This document shows, in pieces, positions 1 through 8,083 of a stretch of DNA of 64,000 bases. The translations under genes and the position numbers were made by a program. The notes beneath the pieces are model-generated. The model was not told the DNA's origin. It worked only from the letters and a program-made list of their open reading frames with translations, and made no database searches. The DNA comes from a virus: the IMG/VR virus record IMGVR_UViG_3300035670_000040, positions 1 to 64,000 of that record; one strand, given 5' to 3'. The first letter of the stretch is position 1. Each line of letters opens with the position of its first letter.

Positions 1-435
1 GTTGCACCTGTAGCTCCATCAAAACCTGTTGCACCTGAACCTGTTGCACCATCAAAACCTGTAGAACCCTGTAAACCTGTTGCACCTGTAGCTCCATCAA
101 AACCTGTTGCTCCTGAACCTGTTGCACCATCAAAACCTGTAGAACCCTGTAAACCTGTTGCACCTGTAGCTCCATCAAAACCTGTTGCTCCTGAACCTGT
201 TGCACCTGTTAAACCAGTTGCTCCATCAAAACCTGTGGAACCTTGTAAACCAGTTGCTCCATCAAAACCAGTTGCTCCATCAAAACCTGTGGAACCTTGT
301 AAACCAGTTGCTCCATCAAAACCAGTTGCTCCAGAACCTGTTGCACCAGTTAATCCTGTTGCTCCATCAAAACCTGTTGCACCATCAAAACCTGTTGCTC
401 CTGAACCTGTTGCACCAGTTAATCCTGTTGCTCCG
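1..435. repeat. Degenerate coding tandem repeats (GATG/GFDGATG/GLQGSTG/GSGATG units)
   Basis: Recurring gttgcacc/gttgctcc, ccatcaaaacc and gaaccctgtaaacc units with variation mainly at third codon positions of the minus-strand frame. Confidence 0.9.
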
Positions 436-578
436 TTTAATTTTAATAAATCTACATAAGCAGATAAACTCCATACTTGTGTTTTAAATTCTGAATTCTC
501 TTGAGAGTTTATTCCTACAAAGTAGTCATTATCAGTTAATGTTGATTTTAGTGGAAAATCTGTGAATTTCTTAGGCAT
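1..578 (-). CDS. Collagen-like (Gly-X-Y) fibre/structural protein, 3'-partial (runs off window start)
   Basis: Hand translation from ATG at 578: [75 protein letters not shown]...GLQGSTG..., open to the window edge; same strand as the upstream gene; absent from the ORF track. Confidence 0.9.
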   Translation of the reverse strand, partial: MPKKFTDFPLKSTLTDNDYFVGINSQENSEFKTQVWSLSAYVDLLKLNGATGLTGATGSGATGFDGATGFDGATGLTGATGSGATGFDGATGLQGSTGFDGATGFDGATGLQGSTGFDGATGLTGATGSGATGFDGATGATGLQGSTGFDGATGSGATGFDGATGATGLQGSTGFDGATGSGATGFDGATGA

Positions 579-586
579 ATGTTTAT

Positions 587-1042
587 TTATATATAATTTA
601 ATCTTTCTCCATCACTCGTTAACATTCTTTCATCATTTCCAGTTATTATTAATTTTTGATCATATAACGGAGAATAAATATTTATAGGGTCACTGGAGAT
701 TCTTGTTATTTCTGGTAAAATATTTATTTTTCCTTTTAAATAGGTTTTTGTTTTTCCTGTTGGAAAACTTATTTGTAAATCATAATTATATTCTCCTGTA
801 GGAATATTTATAATTTGTTTTGGAATAGAGATAAGTCCCATCTCTGGAACTACTATTTTAATAGTATCAGAATATGTTGATAATTCTAAAAATACAGGAG
901 AAGCTAAATTTTTACTAGATCTAAATTGTAGGAATACATCACAATCCAATAAATTTACAGCGGAATTATTTTCCATTATAGTTATGGAACTAATACCTTT
1001 CCAAGTATCTCCACATATTTGATCTGAAAAATTATAAATCAT
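587..1042 (-). CDS. Virion structural protein, BppU-N-like beta-sandwich adaptor
   Basis: C-terminal [30 protein letters not shown] pattern typical of phage fibre/baseplate adaptor domains; TAAGTA motif upstream; precedes the collagen gene. Confidence 0.55.
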   Translation of the reverse strand: MIYNFSDQICGDTWKGISSITIMENNSAVNLLDCDVFLQFRSSKNLASPVFLELSTYSDTIKIVVPEMGLISIPKQIINIPTGEYNYDLQISFPTGKTKTYLKGKINILPEITRISSDPINIYSPLYDQKLIITGNDERMLTSDGERLNYI

Positions 1043-1175
1043 TCTTTATTTTACTTATTATTTTTTGCTAACATTTAAAAAAATAAAACGAATAATTATA
1101 ACATATATTTATATATTTTGAAAAATTATTATAAAAATATATAAGAATCGATGCTCAACAAGATTAAGATATTAA

Positions 1176-1664
1176 TTAATCAACTTTAATGTCGATATTT
1201 AATACCTCCGGTTGAGTTACAGGGACGGTTACTCGCAATAACCCGTCAATATAACTTGATTTTATTTGTTTAACATTTGCATTTTCATTTAACAAAAATG
1301 ACAAAGCACCTTTTCTTGTACTAATTCCCCTCTTAACATAAGAGCAAGAATCCTTACAATCTTCTGTTTTATCTTCTTTTAATACACTTATATATAAATG
1401 TCCATCTCGGACCTTTACATCAATGTTATTTTTTCCTACACCAGCTAAAGCAACCTCGACAACATATTCTTTTAAATTGTTGTCTTTGTCTTTAACTGTT
1501 TTTACATTGTATGGATATACAGCATTTGGAACATCGAAAGCTTTTTCGAATTCACCAAATACATTGTTAAACCAGTTGTCATTAAACAAAGCGGGTAACT
1601 GGCGATAAACCCTCTCTGTGGACGAATAATGTCCGGGTATTAGTTGTGTTGTTATTGTATTCAT
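1176..1664 (-). CDS. hsp20: Small heat shock protein (Hsp20/alpha-crystallin family)
   Basis: YPYNV..YVVEVALAG..KRGISTR..YIDGLLRVTVP motifs; start moved to ATG 1664 (MNTITT), which has AAGGAG Shine-Dalgarno upstream. Confidence 0.92.
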   Translation of the reverse strand: MNTITTQLIPGHYSSTERVYRQLPALFNDNWFNNVFGEFEKAFDVPNAVYPYNVKTVKDKDNNLKEYVVEVALAGVGKNNIDVKVRDGHLYISVLKEDKTEDCKDSCSYVKRGISTRKGALSFLLNENANVKQIKSSYIDGLLRVTVPVTQPEVLNIDIKVD

Positions 1665-1674
1665 TTTTTTATTT

Positions 1675-1692
1675 CTCCTTGTTATAAGCGAG
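1675..1692 (-). promoter_or_regulatory. ROSE-like RNA thermometer hairpin occluding the hsp20 Shine-Dalgarno
   Basis: mRNA reads CUCGCUU-AUAAC-AAGGAG; the UCGCU motif pairs with AAGGAG leaving a bulged G, as in ROSE elements. Confidence 0.65.
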
Positions 1693-1742
1693 TTTTTGAT
1701 TAAGATCTTGTTGAGCATCAAAACCAAAATTATTTACTTCTT

Positions 1743-1789
1743 AAAAAGAAAAAAAACGCAAATTTTAAATTTGCGTTTTTTTTCTTTTT
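1743..1789. terminator. Intrinsic (bidirectional-type) terminator
   Basis: aaaaagaaaaaaaacgcaaattt-t-aaatttgcgttttttttcttttt palindrome with A/T tracts just downstream of the 1803..2009 ORF. Confidence 0.8.
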
Positions 1790-1802
1790 ATAAATTTATT
1801 TT

Positions 1803-2009
1803 TTAACTATTTTGAGTTTCTACAAATTCATAAAGCTCTTTTGCTCTTGAAATAATATCTTCTGACTTTGGAAAAAGACTATCTATTTGATCTTGTGGAA
1901 TAGATGATTCATTACCCAAACGAATATTATTAATTGTTTCAATGTATTTATTAAAACAATCAGCATGAGCTAATTTAAGAACTTCAAGTCTTATTTCATA
2001 ACCATTCAT
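1803..2009 (-). CDS. Small hypothetical phage protein (YEIRLEVLKLA...IISRAKELYEFV type)
   Basis: 68-aa ORF with strong AGAAAGGAGG SD; followed by terminator. Confidence 0.75.
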   Translation of the reverse strand: MNGYEIRLEVLKLAHADCFNKYIETINNIRLGNESSIPQDQIDSLFPKSEDIISRAKELYEFVETQNS

Positions 2010-2045
2010 GTGTGTGTATCCTCCTTTCTAATAAAAACTTTTGTG

Positions 2046-2465
2046 TTAAACACCAGTAGAACCAAATCCACCATCTCCTCTTTGAGATTCTTCTAATTTT
2101 TCTACAATTTCAAAATCAAAAGAATAATGTTTTTCAAAAATTATTTGAGCGATTCTATCTCCTTTTTTTATAGAAAATGTTCTTTCTTTATCTGTATTAT
2201 AAAGAATAACAGCAATTTCTCCTCTATAATCAGAGTCAATTATACCAGCAAGTACATCTATACCATTTCTAATTGCTAAACCTGATCTTGGTTCTATTCT
2301 TCCATAGAAGCCAGTAGGAATCTCCATTACAACTCCTGTTTTTATAACTGTTTTTTCTTGTGGATATACATAATAATCATGTAATGAATATAAATCATAT
2401 CCAGCAGCTTGTTCAGACCCTTTTGTTGGTATTTTTGAATTATTATCTATTAGCTTTATTTTCAT
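2046..2465 (-). CDS. dut: Trimeric dUTPase
   Basis: AAGYDL, RSGLA, GIIDSDYRGE, GDRIAQ and RGDGGFGSTG motifs. Confidence 0.97.
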   Translation of the reverse strand: MKIKLIDNNSKIPTKGSEQAAGYDLYSLHDYYVYPQEKTVIKTGVVMEIPTGFYGRIEPRSGLAIRNGIDVLAGIIDSDYRGEIAVILYNTDKERTFSIKKGDRIAQIIFEKHYSFDFEIVEKLEESQRGDGGFGSTGV

Positions 2466-2520
2466 TAAACCAATATAATACTAAAATTATTTTGTTATAT
2501 CAATAACAAAATAATATAAA

Positions 2521-2847
2521 TTATGGCCTAAAACCAGCTGGTGTTTTCCTACCACCTTTTAACATAGGAATTTTATCGTTTTTTGATTGTGGTTCTTTTT
2601 TATTTGATTGTAAAACACTTTGAAGTTTTGTTACTAATTGTTTATTTTGTTTAGCTTCATTTAGTTTATTTTTTATTTCTGGATATAATCTAGACAATCC
2701 TTCAAAAACTAAAGGCAATCCAAAAGCAACAACATAAACAAGAGCAGCACCCAAGGTTTCATTTGCATCCTCAGAAATTAATTGAGTTTCTTTTTTATTT
2801 ATTGATTCGTATACTTGTTCTAAATTTTTAAAATCTTCAGTTTTCAT
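2521..2847 (-). CDS. Hypothetical late protein
   Basis: 108 aa; TAAATA 6 nt upstream of ATG; one hydrophobic segment. Confidence 0.65.
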   Translation of the reverse strand: MKTEDFKNLEQVYESINKKETQLISEDANETLGAALVYVVAFGLPLVFEGLSRLYPEIKNKLNEAKQNKQLVTKLQSVLQSNKKEPQSKNDKIPMLKGGRKTPAGFRP

Positions 2848-2862
2848 TTTATATATTTATCT

Positions 2863-4512
2863 TTAACCTTCACAACTTTTACAACTCAAAATATTTCTTG
2901 CCAAATTTTGTGCAGCATTTCCACTTCTTTGATAGTACAAACCTTTAATACCTTGTTCCCATGCAAAAATCATAAGTTCATTTATCTCTTTAGCCTTTGT
3001 ATCGGAACTAACCATAATATTTAAAGATTGTCCTTGATCAATATATTTTTGACGTTGAGCGGCCTGAATGATGATTTCTTTTTGAGAAATTTCACCAAAG
3101 GTTTTAAATACATCCTTTTCTTCTTGAGTTAAAAAATCTAAATGTTGAACGCTTCCTCCATGTAAAAGAATAGATTTCCATGTATCATCATCATGTTTTC
3201 CTTTTTCTTTTAATAATTTTTTAAGATATGGATTTTTATATGAAAATTTACCTTTAGCTAAATCTTTTACATAATAACAAGATTCGATTGGTTCTATACT
3301 AGGAGATACTTGTCCAAGAATAAATGACGAACTTGTAGTTGGCGCAACAGCAAGTGTAGTTGTATTTCTTCTACCATATCCTTTTAGTAACTCTGGTTCA
3401 CCAAATATTTCAGAAAGTTCTTTGGTTGCTTTATCTGATTTTTCTCTTATAAGTCTCCATATTTCATTATTCAACATTTTAGCCTCAAATGATTCAAAAC
3501 CTATCATTTTAGACTGTAATAAAGAATGCCATCCTAATACACCAACACCCAATGCTCTCTGGTTTATTGCAAATTTTCTAGGTGCTTCCATAAACTTAAT
3601 ACCTTCTGTTTTGTTAATAAATTCAGTCATAACAGCATCTAAAAAATAAACTAAGGTTTCTACTGCATCGGTATCTTTCCATTCTTCCCATTTTTCTAAA
3701 TTTAACGAAGATAAATCACAAACAAAAGATTCGTCTTCTGAGTTTGATAAATGTATCTCGTTACATAAATTAGAATTATTTATTTTTAATCCTTTATCTT
3801 TATAAACTTGAGGAGATTGGTTGTTAGAATTATCGCTAAAGAAAATATAAGGATAGCCAGATTCAAATCTTTTTTTAATAACAAGACCCCAAATCCTGCG
3901 AGCATCTTTATCACCATCAATCATTTTTTTCATCCACTCATCAGATACACAAACACCAATAGAAAGATTTTGAATTGGGTTTCCTTCAGATTTAATTTTT
4001 AAAAATTCTTCAATATCTGGATGATCAATTGGAAGGTATGCTGCAAATGACCCTCTTCTAACACTTCCTTGAGAAACTACATTCATCAATTTATCAAACA
4101 ATTCCATAAAATGAACAGAACCAGTAGATTCTCCGCCAGATGAAATAGCATTACCTCTTCCTCTTAATTCTCCAAAATAAGCCGATGTACCGCCACCATG
4201 TTTGGTCATCATTGCAACTTCTGAAACTTTATTCATAATCCCTTCCATTGTGTCAGGTACTAAAGAACCAAAGCAAGAAATCGGCATTCCCCTTTTTCTT
4301 CCGAAATTGCTCCATATAGGACTAGACAAGGAATAGAAGCTTCTAGACATATAGTCTTCAAATTTATCAGCAAATCCTTTTAAGTTTAGATATCTTTCTG
4401 CTGCTTCTGCAATATCTCTAATTCTTTTCTCTGCTGTTTCCCCCTCTAGCAAATAACCTCTTTCGAGAAATTTTCGTGAATCTTTGTTTAACCATTCGTA
4501 TTTGTTTGTCAT
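2863..4512 (-). CDS. nrdA: Ribonucleotide reductase class I alpha subunit (short, no ATP cone)
   Basis: PISCF, VRRG, SNLCNEI (catalytic N-x-C-x-E), APTTSS, LYY and C-terminal CKSCEG. Confidence 0.96.
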   Translation of the reverse strand: MTNKYEWLNKDSRKFLERGYLLEGETAEKRIRDIAEAAERYLNLKGFADKFEDYMSRSFYSLSSPIWSNFGRKRGMPISCFGSLVPDTMEGIMNKVSEVAMMTKHGGGTSAYFGELRGRGNAISSGGESTGSVHFMELFDKLMNVVSQGSVRRGSFAAYLPIDHPDIEEFLKIKSEGNPIQNLSIGVCVSDEWMKKMIDGDKDARRIWGLVIKKRFESGYPYIFFSDNSNNQSPQVYKDKGLKINNSNLCNEIHLSNSEDESFVCDLSSLNLEKWEEWKDTDAVETLVYFLDAVMTEFINKTEGIKFMEAPRKFAINQRALGVGVLGWHSLLQSKMIGFESFEAKMLNNEIWRLIREKSDKATKELSEIFGEPELLKGYGRRNTTTLAVAPTTSSSFILGQVSPSIEPIESCYYVKDLAKGKFSYKNPYLKKLLKEKGKHDDDTWKSILLHGGSVQHLDFLTQEEKDVFKTFGEISQKEIIIQAAQRQKYIDQGQSLNIMVSSDTKAKEINELMIFAWEQGIKGLYYQRSGNAAQNLARNILSCKSCEG

Positions 4513-4516
4513 AAAT

Positions 4517-4687
4517 TTAAATATTGTCTTGTTTTTCTGATTTTAATTCTACAATAATTTTATCTCTAATCGTAATTTGATTTTCGAGATTTTTAATTAT
4601 TGTTAACAATTCTTCAATTGTTTCTTGTTGAGCATTTCTCCAAGATGACGCCAATTCATCAGCAGTTTTATCTGATTTAAAATGCAT
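4517..4687 (-). CDS. Small coiled-coil hypothetical protein between nrdB and nrdA
   Basis: Hand translation, 56 aa MHFKSDKTADELASSWRNAQQETIEELLTIIKNLENQITIRDKIIVELKSEKQDNI; fills the gap almost exactly. Confidence 0.6.
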   Translation of the reverse strand: MHFKSDKTADELASSWRNAQQETIEELLTIIKNLENQITIRDKIIVELKSEKQDNI

Positions 4688-4693
4688 AAAAAT

Positions 4694-5665
4694 TTAAAAT
4701 AAATCGTCTTCTGAAAATGATTGTGTAAACTTTTGGTATCCAGTTGGTTTTGAATGGAAAAAATCTGTCATGTTAGTACCCAATAATTCTTCCTCAAACC
4801 ACATGGTAGAGGAAATAAGATTTTTGTCAATATCAAAAACCTTTGAGTATCCTATTTGTTCTAATGAAATATTGATTCGGTTTTTAATAAATTCTTTTAC
4901 TGTATCAGCATCTAAACCATCTTCTTTTATACCATTTATCATCCAGTCTACTATTTTAGATTCTGCTTTAAATGCTTCTTGAGCCTCGGTAAGAATTTTA
5001 TCTTCTAATTCTTTATCGAATAATTCGGGATATTCTTCTCTAATAGTGTTAACTATTTTAGATCCTATTAGACCATGCAACAACTCTTCGTTTCTAGTAT
5101 ATTTTACTTGTTGATCAGTGTCTTTAAGAACATTTTTAAAACGAGCGAACCAGTTAATAACATAAAATTGAGAGAATAATGAAACATTTTCTACAAACAA
5201 TGTAAAAAGAATCAAAGCATAAAGATATTGTTTTTTGGAATCTTTGTAATATTTGTGTGTGTATTTTTTTAGATATTTTACTCTTCCTTCAATCCAATCC
5301 AATTTTAGATTATCTTCGAAAACATTTTCCATTCCTAATACAGTAATCAATCTTTCATATGCATTGTTATGGATAACTTCGGTATTTGCCATTGCATAAC
5401 CTAAGTCTGACAAAGAAGGATGTGGTAGATTTTCTCCAAGTTTAGCCCAAAAGGTTTTAACACTAATTTCGATTTGTCCGATAGCAGACAATGTTCTAAT
5501 AATTATTTCACGTTCTTTATCGGTTAAATTTACTTTAAATTGTTGAATATCAGAAGAAAAAGAAAACTCTTTATCTGTCCAAAATCCAGCATAGATTGCT
5601 TCGATAAATTTTTCTGTCCAAGGATACTTGTTTGGTTTGCGCGATATTTGTTCTTCGAAAATCAT
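4694..5665 (-). CDS. nrdB: Ribonucleotide reductase beta subunit, class Id-like
   Basis: Ferritin-like ligands QIEISVK, EVIHNNAY, VENVSLFSQF, EELLH; DFF tail. Confidence 0.95.
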   Translation of the reverse strand: MIFEEQISRKPNKYPWTEKFIEAIYAGFWTDKEFSFSSDIQQFKVNLTDKEREIIIRTLSAIGQIEISVKTFWAKLGENLPHPSLSDLGYAMANTEVIHNNAYERLITVLGMENVFEDNLKLDWIEGRVKYLKKYTHKYYKDSKKQYLYALILFTLFVENVSLFSQFYVINWFARFKNVLKDTDQQVKYTRNEELLHGLIGSKIVNTIREEYPELFDKELEDKILTEAQEAFKAESKIVDWMINGIKEDGLDADTVKEFIKNRINISLEQIGYSKVFDIDKNLISSTMWFEEELLGTNMTDFFHSKPTGYQKFTQSFSEDDLF

Positions 5666-5704
5666 AGTACTATAATTATCATAAAAGCGGGAGTAAAAGC
5701 AAGA

Positions 5705-5863
5705 TTATTCTTTCCAAATTTTATATCCACATTTCTCATCGAACTTTACAGAAAGATTCATAAATTTTGAATATAAAACATAGCAAAAGTAAAAAGGAAA
5801 TTTGCATAAAAAATCTCCTAAAAGATAAAAAAACCAAGCTAGAAATAAATTAAAAAATTTCAT
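5705..5863 (-). CDS. Small hydrophobic hypothetical protein
   Basis: Hand translation, 52 aa MKFFNLFLAWFFYLLGDFLCKFPFYFCYVLYSKFMNLSVKFDEKCGYKIWKE; fills the intergenic gap. Confidence 0.5.
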   Translation of the reverse strand: MKFFNLFLAWFFYLLGDFLCKFPFYFCYVLYSKFMNLSVKFDEKCGYKIWKE

Positions 5864-5864
5864 A

Positions 5865-5894
5865 TTGACTAGTGCCAATATTTAATGCTATTAT
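5865..5894 (+). promoter_or_regulatory. Sigma70-like promoter (TTGACT...TGcTATTAT), ATG 6 nt downstream
   Basis: TTGACT 5865-5870, extended -10 TG-c-TATTAT ending at 5894, start codon at 5901, no SD. Confidence 0.55.
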
Positions 5895-5900
5895 AGTAGT

Positions 5901-6641
5901 ATGTCTAGTATAAAAATAAAAATTTTTCCTACTGAAAATGAATATTTTGAATATTTGGAAAAACCGTTTCCTTCTTCTAGTATAAATCCAGAATGGTTAA
6001 AAAAAATTCCCACATATTATACAGATAAAAAACAAATAGATCAATTAAATATGCCTACATCTACAATAAAAAATTGTATGCCTGTTAGAGATATGATTGG
6101 TTGTGGTTTCACAATTCCTCTTCCTTGTGATGTTTGGGTTGAAAAAATTAAAACAGAAGAGGAAGATGAGATGACCAATTTTAGATGGGCATTAGGAAAT
6201 CTAAACCTTATAACCCCACATGTAATGCAGCAATCAAACGGAATTCCTGTTCCTGAAGGTTTTTGTGAAGAGCCTTATAGATTTAATAATTTTTGGATAA
6301 TAGAGACTCCTAAAAATTGGTCATGTATATTTAAACATCCCTCGTATTATGATGATCTTCCGTTTAGGGTTCTTGATGGTCTTGTGGATACGGACAAATA
6401 TCCATTACCTGTTAATTTCCCTTTCTTTATAAAGAAAGGATTCACTGGTCTTATTGAAAAGGGAACACCAATTGCTCAAGTTATTCCATTTAAAAGAGAA
6501 AATTTCAATGTTCAATTTTACAAATACAATTCAAATTTTTTATTCAAATGGTATAAAGCATCTTCAAATTTTTTTAATATCTATAAAAGACACTTTAGGA
6601 CAAAGAAAAATTTTAAAATCTCAAAGTGTCCTTTTCATTGA
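5901..6641 (+). CDS. Conserved phage protein (DUF6065/beta-clip-like, tentative)
   Basis: TIKNCMP..D...GF.IP, WIIETP..WSCIF.HP, GLVDTD, VNFPF, KGTPIAQVIPFKRE motifs, which I recognise from large aquatic phages. Confidence 0.6.
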   Translation: MSSIKIKIFPTENEYFEYLEKPFPSSSINPEWLKKIPTYYTDKKQIDQLNMPTSTIKNCMPVRDMIGCGFTIPLPCDVWVEKIKTEEEDEMTNFRWALGNLNLITPHVMQQSNGIPVPEGFCEEPYRFNNFWIIETPKNWSCIFKHPSYYDDLPFRVLDGLVDTDKYPLPVNFPFFIKKGFTGLIEKGTPIAQVIPFKRENFNVQFYKYNSNFLFKWYKASSNFFNIYKRHFRTKKNFKISKCPFH

Positions 6642-6957
6642 TAAGTTCACTTTTATAAATTTTTTTAGATATCTCCATTAAAAATAAAGCTGTTTGTAAA
6701 GGGGATATGTGGTTTATTAATCTTTTTTCTGCTATAAGTACTTTTGTTTCTGACCATTTAGGGTATATAAAATGTATACATTCGTGAAACATTGTTGGAA
6801 TAATGTCTTTTCTATAATCAAATTCTAAGAGATCGTCATAACACAAACCCACAACTCCTTTCATTTTTCTGAATGAAAAGAACTCAGGTTTTTTTGTTTT
6901 AACCAACTCTAAGCAATTATTATATATTTTAGTGAGTTGTCTTTTTGTGAATTTCAT
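6613..6957 (-). CDS. Hypothetical protein with HExxH motif (zincin-like)
   Basis: TMFHECIH; likely start ATG 6957 overlaps the methyltransferase stop (ATGA). Confidence 0.6.
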   Translation of the reverse strand: MKFTKRQLTKIYNNCLELVKTKKPEFFSFRKMKGVVGLCYDDLLEFDYRKDIIPTMFHECIHFIYPKWSETKVLIAEKRLINHISPLQTALFLMEISKKIYKSELINEKDTLRF

Positions 6958-8036
6958 TTTTTTTGTTTTTTCCATATCCAAATTGGTTCAACAAATATTC
7001 CATCTTTTCCTGATTTACTATTAATTCTTTTTGCCATTCTATAGTTTATATTTTCAACCTTACAACTATTTTCAAGAGTTGAAATGAAATCATTCATGGG
7101 ATCACATATATTGTTTACTGTGTGGTTACAATAAACATCACTTATATTTATTGCTATATGTCCTTCTTGTTTTAGTATTTTCCAACAAGATTCTATTGTT
7201 GGAAATAAAAAATTATTTAACCATTTATCAAGTTTTTTGTATCTTTGCCAAGACTGTGTTTTGTCTTTTGAATATCTCTCTATTATAAAATAGGGAGGAC
7301 TTGTAAAAATAAAATCAGGGTTATAATCAAGTTTTGAAGCAGCTTCTTCTGCTGGTTCCATTATCATTTGTATTTGTTTTTTATATCCAAATGTTTCTAT
7401 TTGTTTCAAATAACCATCAAATAAATCTTTGTTTGGGTCTATTCCTATATATTCTTCAACATTTTCACATGCCATTGCTCCTGATAATCTATCACCCCAA
7501 CCTGAGCTAAAGTCTAATACTTTTTTTGCATTAAAATATTGATATAAACATTTTGCAGAAGATGGACGAAATTGGCTTGCTATATATTTTCGCATTGCAA
7601 CGCATGTTCTTAGAGTATCTGATGTTACTTCCTTTACCCTTAAGGACCACAACCCATTTAATAATGTGAAAAAGAATTTTTTATCATTCCATGTTCTGTA
7701 AGGAGAAGGCGAATTTATAGAATCACATCTATATCTTAGATCTTGATGAAAATAATTTGAAGATTTATTTCCTGTATTACAGGAATCAATATACTTCCTA
7801 CCAACATCCCATTTATAATCGTATCTAGAAAAGACATCACTTTCCTTTATCAAGGAAAGGCAATTTAGTTTGTTTAGACTATCAAAGTCTTGTTTTGCAT
7901 CATCTATTTTTATTTCTTTTTGAATATTTAAATTTCTGGTTTTATTCCATATTTGTTCTTTTATTTCATCATCTGGTTTTGGAAACTTTGAAATTATTTC
8001 TTTCCATTCTATTTTTGTGTATATTGTGGTTGTCAT
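6954..8036 (-). CDS. DNA amino-methyltransferase (N4-C/N6-A)
   Basis: SAM-binding VLDFSSGWGDRL and catalytic FTSPPYF..ERYS. Confidence 0.88.
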   Translation of the reverse strand: MTTTIYTKIEWKEIISKFPKPDDEIKEQIWNKTRNLNIQKEIKIDDAKQDFDSLNKLNCLSLIKESDVFSRYDYKWDVGRKYIDSCNTGNKSSNYFHQDLRYRCDSINSPSPYRTWNDKKFFFTLLNGLWSLRVKEVTSDTLRTCVAMRKYIASQFRPSSAKCLYQYFNAKKVLDFSSGWGDRLSGAMACENVEEYIGIDPNKDLFDGYLKQIETFGYKKQIQMIMEPAEEAASKLDYNPDFIFTSPPYFIIERYSKDKTQSWQRYKKLDKWLNNFLFPTIESCWKILKQEGHIAINISDVYCNHTVNNICDPMNDFISTLENSCKVENINYRMAKRINSKSGKDGIFVEPIWIWKKQKK

Positions 8037-8083
8037 TAAATTTAGTTATTGATTTTTTATATCAAAAATTATATTCTTTATAG

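Larger units (their letters stand above)
1150..1719. repeat. 15-bp perfect inverted repeat flanking hsp20 (1150-1164 and 1705-1719)
   Basis: gatgctcaacaagat at 1150-1164 is the exact reverse complement of atcttgttgagcatc at 1705-1719. Confidence 0.9.

Noticed and set aside
1-435. Repeat array as a possible CRISPR or origin iterons
   Set aside because: Units are multiples of 3 nt with synonymous variation and no unique spacers; the repeat is coding
185-487. Plus-strand ORFs 185..487 (L/N/Q/H-rich) and 235..459 (PVAP repeats)
   Set aside because: Antisense shadows of the minus-strand Gly-X-Y collagen frame, which has a proper ATG, a non-repetitive head and the same orientation as its neighbours
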